From positions 104,992-168,991 of the forward strand of contig OZ242020.1 in the NCBI GenBank assembly GCA_965204875.1: 64,000 nucleotides of DNA. The letters are read 5' to 3'. The notes under the pieces are model-generated. The model ran no database searches. It saw nothing but the letters and a program-made list of their open reading frames with translations, and was not told where the DNA came from. The stretch is from Candidatus Aldehydirespirator sp. (GTDB lineage: Bacteria; Actinomycetota; Acidimicrobiia; Acidimicrobiales; Aldehydirespiratoraceae). Of the stretch, positions 11,673 through 18,873 are shown one piece after another. The position numbers were made by a program, and so were the translations under genes. Each line of letters opens with the position of its first letter. Positions within the stretch are counted from its first letter, which is position 1.

Positions 11673-12866
11673 TCAAACAGTGTGGGCGCGGATGACCTCG
11701 GCCAGGGTGGCGACGCCGGTGTTGATGGCTTCGGTGGACAGGTGGCCGAAGCACAGCCGCATGCGGCGGGCGCCGTGCCCGGGATCGGTGCACCAGCCCG
11801 CGCCAGGGTTGAACTCGACTCCGGCCGCCGCGGCGGGCGCGACCAGGTCGGCGGTGTCGTAGCCGTCCGGCAACGTCGCCCACACGAAGATCCCGCCACT
11901 CGGCGGCGTGAACGCGAGCACCGCAGAGAGGTGCTCGCTGAGGGCCGAGCACAGCGCCTCGCACTTGCCCCGCAGCACGCTCACAAGCTGCTCGACATGG
12001 TCGTCGAAATGCGCGGCCGCGTACTCGGCGACCGCGAGCTGCTCGAGCGCACCGGAGCCGCCGTCGGACTTGAGCGGCAGGACCCTGCCGAGCAGGGGCC
12101 AGTCGGCCACGATGTAGCCGAGCCGCAGCGCCGGCGCCAGGGTCTTGGAGAACGAGCCGCAGTAAACGACCTGACCGCCACCGGCGTCGAGCGACCGGAT
12201 CGTCGGCGGCCTCGCACCGTCGAATATCAGATCGGCGTAGCAGTCATCCTCGAAGACGGCCACACCGTGGCACCGGGCCGCCTCCAGCAACTGGAGTCTG
12301 CGCTCGACCCCCATGACGGTTCCCGTCGGGTTCTGAACGGTCGGGATCGTGTAGATGAGCTTGGGCCGCCGACCACGGGCCGCCAGCGACGCAAGGGTCT
12401 CCTCGAGATGGTCGATGCGGATGCCGCCGCCGTCCAGGGCCACGCCGTGGACCTCCGCGCCGAGGGCGGTCAGCCTGCTCAAGGCGCCCGCATACGTGGC
12501 CTCCTCCACCACCACGGCGTCGCCCGGCGCCACGAGCGCGCCGCACACCAGGTCGAGCGCCTGCAGCGAGCCCGAGGTGACCAGCACCTCGTCGGGGTCG
12601 GTGGGCATGTGCGCGCGCCGTTCCAGCGCCCCGGCCACGACCTCGCGCAGCGGCAGGTGTCCCTGGGGACTGCCGCCCAGGTTGTAGCGCGCCAGGTCGG
12701 TGCCGTGGCGGGACAGCGCCACCGCGGCCGCCTCCGACAGTCCCGCGAAGGGCACGCTGTGGGGGTCGTTGTGGCCGCCGACGAAGTTGAAGGGCGGATC
12801 GCCCGCCCACCGCTGTTGCCCGCCGGCCAGGCCGGGCCGCAGCAGGGCCGTCATGTCAAAGCTCAT
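11673..12866 (-). CDS. PLP-dependent aminotransferase (class I/II fold)
   Basis: SFSKTLAPALRLGY provides the PLP-lysine motif. The overall layout matches an aminotransferase of about 400 aa. Confidence 0.75.
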   Translation of the reverse strand: MSFDMTALLRPGLAGGQQRWAGDPPFNFVGGHNDPHSVPFAGLSEAAAVALSRHGTDLARYNLGGSPQGHLPLREVVAGALERRAHMPTDPDEVLVTSGSLQALDLVCGALVAPGDAVVVEEATYAGALSRLTALGAEVHGVALDGGGIRIDHLEETLASLAARGRRPKLIYTIPTVQNPTGTVMGVERRLQLLEAARCHGVAVFEDDCYADLIFDGARPPTIRSLDAGGGQVVYCGSFSKTLAPALRLGYIVADWPLLGRVLPLKSDGGSGALEQLAVAEYAAAHFDDHVEQLVSVLRGKCEALCSALSEHLSAVLAFTPPSGGIFVWATLPDGYDTADLVAPAAAAGVEFNPGAGWCTDPGHGARRMRLCFGHLSTEAINTGVATLAEVIRAHTV

Positions 12867-12975
12867 GGCACGAACCTACTGCGCGCTACCCCGCCCGCAG
12901 AACCCGCGGGTGGCGCAGGCGTCGGACATTCGAGCGCTGTCCAGCAACTTGCGCGCTACTGTGAACACTTGCGCG

Positions 12976-13758
12976 CTACTGTGAACAGCTGGCGGGGATG
13001 ACGGCGAGGAGCACCCCCTCGGCCACCTCCACACCGGCGGGCGAGGCGACGATGACGTTGGACACGCCGCGTGCCGCTGTGGGGTCGAGCACCTCGTCGC
13101 TGAGGGGATACTCCAGGCCCCAGGTTCTCACGACCCGGGCCGGGCCTCCGACGGCCAGCAGCGAGACCACCTCGCCCACATCGCCGACCAGGCGATGCGA
13201 GCCCCTGAGCACCTGCACGCGGGCCTCGTCGACGGTCGCGGAAAGCGCCACTGTGGCCCAGCGAGGCGATGCCAGCACCAGCAGGCCGGCGAGGGCGTGG
13301 TCGAGCCGGCCACCGGCCGAGGCCAGGACATGTACCTCGCAGGCGCGCCGGCAGGCGTATTCGAGCGCAAGCTCGAGGTCGGTCGAGTCCTTGCGCTCGG
13401 GATGGTCCACCACATCGACACCGAGCCGTCGAGCCTCGGCCAGCGCGCCGTCGCCGGCAGAATCCAGGTCACCCACCACGGCATCGACCCGCCAGCCGAG
13501 GCCGACAGCCACATCAAGCCCACCGTCAGCAGCCACAACCAAGTCGGCATCCACCGACACATCAGCGGCAACGGCCGCTCCGACACTCGCTGACACATCA
13601 GCGGCCGAGACCGGGTCGGCGGACGGAGGCGCGACCTCGCTCACAGCGATGGGCTTGTGAGCCTCGCTCACAGCGGCAACGGCCGCGCTGGCGGGCGATT
13701 GCGCGGCCGGTATCGAGGGTATGGCTCCGGCGATCACCAGGGCACGGCCGCGGCGCAT
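12976..13758 (-). CDS. Thiamine diphosphokinase with an expanded low-complexity N-terminal insert
   Basis: AADGG...VVGDLDS...KDSTDLELAL...GGRLDH motifs of the TPK family. An insert of about 60 aa rich in Ala, Val, Ser and Asp lies near the N-terminus. Confidence 0.7.
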   Translation of the reverse strand: MRRGRALVIAGAIPSIPAAQSPASAAVAAVSEAHKPIAVSEVAPPSADPVSAADVSASVGAAVAADVSVDADLVVAADGGLDVAVGLGWRVDAVVGDLDSAGDGALAEARRLGVDVVDHPERKDSTDLELALEYACRRACEVHVLASAGGRLDHALAGLLVLASPRWATVALSATVDEARVQVLRGSHRLVGDVGEVVSLLAVGGPARVVRTWGLEYPLSDEVLDPTAARGVSNVIVASPAGVEVAEGVLLAVIPASCSQ

Positions 13759-13829
13759 CTGCGGGACCCTACAGAGCGGCCCCGACTCGCTCGCTCAGCG
13801 CAGACACGCAAGCACGCCCCGACTCGCCG

Positions 13830-15131
13830 CTAGGGCAGGTACGGGGTGGGGTCCACCGCCCTGCCGTCGATGCGCAGCTCGAAATGCAGGTGAGGGCCCG
13901 TGGACAGGCCGGTGGATCCCACCGCACCCACCTTGTCGCCGCTCGACACCTGATCGCCGACGGAGACCGAGATCGAGCTGAGGTGGGAGTACAGCGTGCT
14001 GTAGCCGAGCCCGTGATAGACGACGACGGTGTTGCCGTAGCCCGAGCGCCACCCGGCGACGATGACCTCGCCCGAGCGGGCGGCGCCGACCCGGTCGCCG
14101 GTGTCGCCGTCGAGGTCGATGCCCTGGTGCTGGCGCACCGAACCGAGGATGGGATGGACTCGGGGCCCGAAACCCGACGTCTTCTCCCCGCCGACGGGCC
14201 AGACGACCAACTCGAAGGGGCCGTTGGCAGCCTCGTGAGCCTGGCGCTGCTCGGAGACGGCACGCCTGCGGGCCTGCTCCTCGAGCCGGCGCCTCTCGGC
14301 CTCGGCGCGCCGCAGCTCCTCCTCGATGGCGAAGATCTCCCGCTCCATCTCCTCGTCGATGCGCTCGATCTCCGCCGCCTCGCGCTCGTACTCGTCGATG
14401 CGGCGCTGGATCTCGGCCCGGTACTCCTCGGCGGCGAGCCGGGCGTCCTCCAGCTCGGCCAGGCGCTGCTGCTGCGCGGCCCGCTCTCGCTCGGCCTCCT
14501 CCAGCTTCTCGACGGCGCTGCGCCGCACCACTTCGAGCCGAGCCTCGACCGTGCGCAGCTCGTCGGTGATCTCCAGCTCGCTGCCCACGGCCCGCTCGAT
14601 CAGGAAGAGCCGCACCGCGCTCTCGTTGAGGTCGCCGCTCGCCAGCTGCTCGATCACGTCCGCCGGCGCCTGGACGAACACCTCGATGGCACGCTGGCGC
14701 AGGCGCTCGCGCACAGCGGTGATCTCCTCTTGGAGCCAGGCGACCTCGGCGCGGGCCGCAGCAGCCTCGGCGATGGCCGCGGCGATGGACTTCTCGGCCG
14801 CGTCGATCCGGGCCAGTTGCAACTCGATATAGGTCTCCAGCTCGGACAGCGCGGCGACCAGGGCGGCGTCGTCGGCTGCGAGCGCGTCCACCTGCTTGGC
14901 AACCTCGGCCGCGCTGCGGGCCAGTTCCTCTCGCTCAACCCGGATGTCTTGGATCTGCTGATCTGGCTGGGCGAGCGCCGCGGTTCCCGTCAGCGCGGCG
15001 ACCACCGCACCCGCCAGCACGACGCAGATCACGCCGCCTCGCCGCACGCCGGCCGCCCAGAGAGTCCTCGACCAGTGAGACTGACGGTAGCCGTCGGCCA
15101 ATCGTCCATGTGCGGCGGTTGCCCAGAACAT
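13830..15131 (-). CDS. M23 family peptidoglycan metalloendopeptidase with an N-terminal coiled coil
   Basis: C-terminal HQGIDL...GNTVVVYH...GSTGLSTGPHLHFE motifs. A long Glu/Ala/Arg-rich coiled coil precedes them. I prefer the ATG at 15131 (MFWAT..., followed by a TM/signal segment) over the listed start at 15281. Confidence 0.85.
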   Translation of the reverse strand: MFWATAAHGRLADGYRQSHWSRTLWAAGVRRGGVICVVLAGAVVAALTGTAALAQPDQQIQDIRVEREELARSAAEVAKQVDALAADDAALVAALSELETYIELQLARIDAAEKSIAAAIAEAAAARAEVAWLQEEITAVRERLRQRAIEVFVQAPADVIEQLASGDLNESAVRLFLIERAVGSELEITDELRTVEARLEVVRRSAVEKLEEAERERAAQQQRLAELEDARLAAEEYRAEIQRRIDEYEREAAEIERIDEEMEREIFAIEEELRRAEAERRRLEEQARRRAVSEQRQAHEAANGPFELVVWPVGGEKTSGFGPRVHPILGSVRQHQGIDLDGDTGDRVGAARSGEVIVAGWRSGYGNTVVVYHGLGYSTLYSHLSSISVSVGDQVSSGDKVGAVGSTGLSTGPHLHFELRIDGRAVDPTPYLP

Positions 15132-15163
15132 TGTCAACCTGCGAAGCCGGATCACGAGACGGG

Positions 15164-15192
15164 ATCGTAACAAAACCGCAACACGACCGCAA
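15164..15192 (-). promoter_or_regulatory. Candidate promoter of the M23 peptidase gene (TTGCGG-N17-TACGAT on the minus strand)
   Basis: The minus strand reads TTGCGG, then 17 nt, then TACGAT, about 30 nt upstream of the ATG at 15131. This is a sequence pattern only. Confidence 0.3.
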
Positions 15193-15253
15193 CCTATCCG
15201 AAATCTATGTCGCGTGCCGCCGGAACGGCACAGACCCCGACCCAGACCCGGGG

Positions 15254-16414
15254 CTAGGGCTTCGCAGAACCGACGATCCACATGGCGAAATACTGGGCGC
15301 CGCCGCCGTAGGCGTGGCCCAGGGCCCGGCGGGCGCCGTCGACCTGGTGCTCGCCGGCTGCGCCCATCACCTGCAGCGCGGCCTCCGCGAAGCGGATCAT
15401 GCCCGAGGCGCCGATGGGGTTGCTCGAGAGCACGCCGCCGGAGCAGTTGACGGGCAGGTCGCCGCCGTCGAGCTCGGTCGCGCCCGACTCGACCATGCGC
15501 CAGCCGTCACCGGCAGCGGCGAACCCCAGGCTCTCGAGCCACATCGGCTCGTACCACGAGAACGGCACGTAGATCTCCACCGCATCGATCTCGGCCCGGC
15601 GGTCTGAGATGCCGGCCTGGGCGAACACGTCGTCGGCGCACTGCTCGGACGCGGCCGGCGACACCATGTTGCGGCCGCCGTAGCTGTTGCTCTCGCTGCG
15701 CATGGCGGTGCCGTGGACCCACGCCACCGGACCCTCGTGGGCGTCGCCGGCGGCCTCGTCGGTGAGCACCATGGCGCAGGCGCCGTCCGAGGACGGGCAG
15801 GTCTCGGAGTAGCGGATCGGATCCCACAGCATGGGCGAGTCCACCACCTGCTCGAGCGTGAGGCCGTGCTGGTGGAGGTGTGCGTAGGGGTTGAGCAATG
15901 CGTTGCGGCGGTCCTTGTGGGCGACCATGCAGCCGATCAGCTCGGGCGCCCCCGTCATCATCATGTAGCGGCGGATGATCGGCGAGAAGTAGCCGCCAGC
16001 GCCGGCGTTGACGGAGGTGGCGAACGGCTGGGGCAGCGAGAGCGCCCACATGGCGTTGGACTCCGACTGCTTCTCCCAGCCGACGGTGAGCACGCGGCGG
16101 TGCACCCGGCTCTGCACCATCGACGCCGCCACGCAGGCGGTGGAGCCGCCCACCGAGCCTGCGGTGTGAACGCGCATGATGGGCTTGCCGACGGCGCCAA
16201 GTGCCTCGGCCAGGTAGATCTCGGGCATCATCACGCCCTCGAAGAAGTCCGGCGCCTTGCCGATGATCACCGCGTCGATGTCGTCCCAGGTGCACTGCGC
16301 CATCTCCAGGGCGCGGTAGGCGGCCTCCCGCAGCAGCCCGGGGATCGAGACGTCCCGGCGCGCCGAGGCGTACTTGGTCTGGCCCACGCCGGTGACCGCG
16401 GTGCGCTCAGCCAT
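15254..16414 (-). CDS. Thiolase-like protein (SCP-x / lipid-transfer type)
   Basis: Thiolase-fold length and layout. The C-terminal NxSGG-like segment (NCSGGVLSSNPIGASG) is typical of non-specific lipid-transfer thiolases. Confidence 0.8.
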   Translation of the reverse strand: MAERTAVTGVGQTKYASARRDVSIPGLLREAAYRALEMAQCTWDDIDAVIIGKAPDFFEGVMMPEIYLAEALGAVGKPIMRVHTAGSVGGSTACVAASMVQSRVHRRVLTVGWEKQSESNAMWALSLPQPFATSVNAGAGGYFSPIIRRYMMMTGAPELIGCMVAHKDRRNALLNPYAHLHQHGLTLEQVVDSPMLWDPIRYSETCPSSDGACAMVLTDEAAGDAHEGPVAWVHGTAMRSESNSYGGRNMVSPAASEQCADDVFAQAGISDRRAEIDAVEIYVPFSWYEPMWLESLGFAAAGDGWRMVESGATELDGGDLPVNCSGGVLSSNPIGASGMIRFAEAALQVMGAAGEHQVDGARRALGHAYGGGAQYFAMWIVGSAKP

Positions 16415-16498
16415 GCGCCGCCACCGCTAGTCGCCCCCCGACACGCCTGCGCAGATCAGACACGCGCGCCTGCCCCAACCCTCGTAGCGCCGCCACCG

Positions 16499-17554
16499 CT
16501 AGTCGCCCTCCAGCACGCACACCAGGTTCTGCTGCAGGCAGGGCCCCGAGGTGGCGTGCGCGACGGCGCGGTCGCCCTCCCCGCGGGAGATCCGCGACGC
16601 GGCCTCACCGATGCGGATCAGCCCGGAGGCCATCATCGTGTGCGCGGCGAGCGCCCCGCCGGAGGGGTTGACCGCGGTCGTCTCCTCGTCGATGCCCAGC
16701 GCCCGGGTGAGCAGATGCTCCGAGGTGGTGTAGGGCGCGTGCAGTTCGGCGATATCCAGCTTGTCGGCGTTGACGCCGGCGTGCTGCGCGGCCAGCCGTG
16801 CCGACATCGACGAGGTGAGATCGCGGGCGCCGAGAGTGTGGGCATCGCTGCGGTGGTCGAAACCGCGTATCCATGCCGGTCTCTCACAGAGTTCTGCGGC
16901 CCGGTCGCCGGCGGCCAGCACGATGGCGCAGCCGCCGTCGGCGGAGGCCGGCAGGTCCGAGGGGCGCAGCGGATCGACGGCAAACTCCTCGGCGAGGATC
17001 TCATCCACGGTCTTGGGCTCGGCCCGCACCGCCTGGGGGTTGGAGGCGGCATGGGCGCGGCTGCGCGAGGCGATCTCGGCCAGACGCCGCTGACTGACGT
17101 GCCCGCCCTCGAGCTGCAGGCGCGCCGCGAGGGCCTCCACGGCGTGGCTGTCCGGCCAGAGCGGGCACACGTAGTAGGGATCCATCTGGGTGGCGAGAAC
17201 GTCGCGCAGCGAGCCGGGCGACGTCTTGCCGTAGCCGTACACCAGGGCCGTGTCGATGCCGCCGCACTGGATCTTGACCCATGCCTCATACAGCGCCCAG
17301 GCGCCGTCCTGCTCGACATGGCTCTCGCTGATGGGGGGCACCGGACCCGTGCCGTCGATGGTCATGACGAAGGAGAACGCCTGCCCGGCCAGGAAGTCCG
17401 ACGAGCCCGAGCAGGTGAAACCGATGTCAGCCTGGGTGAGGCCGACGTCGGTCTTGGCCCGCTCCATGAGCGGCACCATGAACTCGACCTCGGACTCGCC
17501 GGGGATCGAGGCCTCCTGGCGCTGCGCGAACGAGACGACCGCCACGTCGATCAT
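16499..17554 (-). CDS. Thiolase-like protein, second subunit
   Basis: Thiolase-fold similarity (NPSGGALAAHTMMASGL). It is shorter than its partner and lacks an obvious N-terminal active-site Cys context. Confidence 0.7.
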   Translation of the reverse strand: MIDVAVVSFAQRQEASIPGESEVEFMVPLMERAKTDVGLTQADIGFTCSGSSDFLAGQAFSFVMTIDGTGPVPPISESHVEQDGAWALYEAWVKIQCGGIDTALVYGYGKTSPGSLRDVLATQMDPYYVCPLWPDSHAVEALAARLQLEGGHVSQRRLAEIASRSRAHAASNPQAVRAEPKTVDEILAEEFAVDPLRPSDLPASADGGCAIVLAAGDRAAELCERPAWIRGFDHRSDAHTLGARDLTSSMSARLAAQHAGVNADKLDIAELHAPYTTSEHLLTRALGIDEETTAVNPSGGALAAHTMMASGLIRIGEAASRISRGEGDRAVAHATSGPCLQQNLVCVLEGD

Positions 17555-17699
17555 CCCGGCCCGGACCTCCTCTCGGGCTCAAGTGTGCCGCTCATATCGA
17601 TCACGTCGGCCCGGCCCTCCAGTTCAAGTGCGCATCTCATATCGATCACGTCGGCCCGGCCCTCCCCTCGGACTCAAGCGTGCAGCTCACGTCGATCAC
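17547..17699 (-). repeat. Three tandem units of 45-50 bp at the DUF35/thiolase junction
   Basis: The core tcgatca(c/t) recurs at 17548, 17597, 17642 and 17692. Each unit starts with GTGATCGA and ends with GGCCGGGCCGxx on the coding strand. Confidence 0.9.
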
Positions 17700-18271
17700 G
17701 GCGCCGCGGCCCGGCCGATGCGCTCGTAGTCGTCGATCCGCTCGTCCGGCTCGCCCGTGGGCTCCCAGCCGCTTATGTTGGCCGCCGACGTCTCAAGCTC
17801 GTCGTCGGGCCTCCACACGGCCCTGACGCGCATGCCGATGCGCACCTGCTCGGGCGCGATGTTGACCACCAGGCCCATGAAGCCCACGGAGGCGCCGTCG
17901 AGCACGATCCAGGCGCTGCAGTAGGGCGGCTTGAGGTCGGGCCGGCGCTCGATGGGGACGCGGGTCACGTTGAACGACTCGACATAGCCGACGTCGGGCA
18001 GCTCCACCACCTCGTGCGTCGCCGTGCCAGCGAGCGGGCTCACGCCGCGGGGCGGGACGAACACCTGGCCGGTCACTGCGCAACGCTCGCCGAGGATCCG
18101 CTTTTGGGCCATAGCCCGCAGGTAGCGCGACAGCGCCCGGCCCGGTGTGTAGGTATAGGTGAGCCGCAGCGGGGTGCAGACGCTGGACACGAGATCCTCG
18201 GCGGCGAGGGACTCCGGCAGCGTGACCTTCGAGGACAGCGCGGCGGGAGGCGCCAGCGGATCCGGCGCCAT
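17696..18271 (-). CDS. DUF35 OB-fold / Zn-ribbon protein
   Basis: Its size and its position next to thiolase genes fit. The C-terminal OB-fold-like segment (MRVRAVWRPDD) is typical of DUF35 partners of SCP-x thiolases. Confidence 0.65.
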   Translation of the reverse strand: MAPDPLAPPAALSSKVTLPESLAAEDLVSSVCTPLRLTYTYTPGRALSRYLRAMAQKRILGERCAVTGQVFVPPRGVSPLAGTATHEVVELPDVGYVESFNVTRVPIERRPDLKPPYCSAWIVLDGASVGFMGLVVNIAPEQVRIGMRVRAVWRPDDELETSAANISGWEPTGEPDERIDDYERIGRAAAP

Positions 18272-18720
18272 CAGCAGCCGTCCTCGGGAACGGGCTCGAA
18301 GCCGGCGATGTCGGCTATGTGACCCTCACGCTCGTTGCGCCACACCGCCCGCACCCGCATGCCGGTGAACATCTCAGCACGGTCGGCGAGCACGGCGTGA
18401 AGCATCGGGGTGTCGGCGCCATCGAGTCGTATCAGTGCCCAGGCGAACGGGCGCTCGAACGGCTGCTGGGGCCGGGGATCGCCGTTCCAGGCCCAGGTGA
18501 GCACCTCCCCGCCCTGGCCGACCTCCACCATCTCGGTGAGCGGCTCGGCGTTGATCGGGTCGTACTCCAGCGGCGGGCACAGCACCGAGCCGTCGGCTCT
18601 GCGTATGCCGCAGATCACGCCAGCCCGCAGGCCGGCCAGGAACGCGCCGATCACAGGCCCCGTCGAGCGGGTGAACGGGTACTCCAGCACCAGCGGCGCC
18701 TTCAGCGCTTCGGTGGCCAT
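18271..18720 (-). CDS. DUF35 OB-fold protein (second copy)
   Basis: A paralogous pattern (GMRVRAVWRNE). It has a TGATG one-nucleotide overlap with the downstream DUF35 gene. Confidence 0.65.
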   Translation of the reverse strand: MATEALKAPLVLEYPFTRSTGPVIGAFLAGLRAGVICGIRRADGSVLCPPLEYDPINAEPLTEMVEVGQGGEVLTWAWNGDPRPQQPFERPFAWALIRLDGADTPMLHAVLADRAEMFTGMRVRAVWRNEREGHIADIAGFEPVPEDGC

Positions 18721-18814
18721 GCGCCCCCAATGCTAGAGCAACAACCACTCGCCAAGCGCGCTCGGGTCGGGGTGACAGGTTGCCTGCCAGGGTGACGGGT
18801 TGCCGGCACGCGCC

Positions 18815-18844
18815 GGGAGGCCCGGCCGTGCTGCCGGGCCTCCC
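18815..18844 (-). terminator. Perfect 12-bp stem hairpin downstream of SLH paralog 1
   Basis: GGGAGGCCCGGC, a 6-nt loop, then GCCGGGCCTCCC, about 30 nt after the stop. The same module follows all three SLH genes. Confidence 0.6.
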
Positions 18845-18873
18845 GGTCGGTATGCCGTCTTGTGCTGGTGGTG

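Noticed and set aside
13269-15170. 633-aa plus-strand ORF
   Set aside because: It is a shadow ORF antisense to the M23 peptidase and thiamine diphosphokinase genes. It has the Arg/Gly/Pro/Leu-rich composition typical of high-GC antisense frames and no motifs.
15713-18322. 869-aa plus-strand ORF
   Set aside because: It is antisense to the thiolase and DUF35 genes, which carry clear family motifs.
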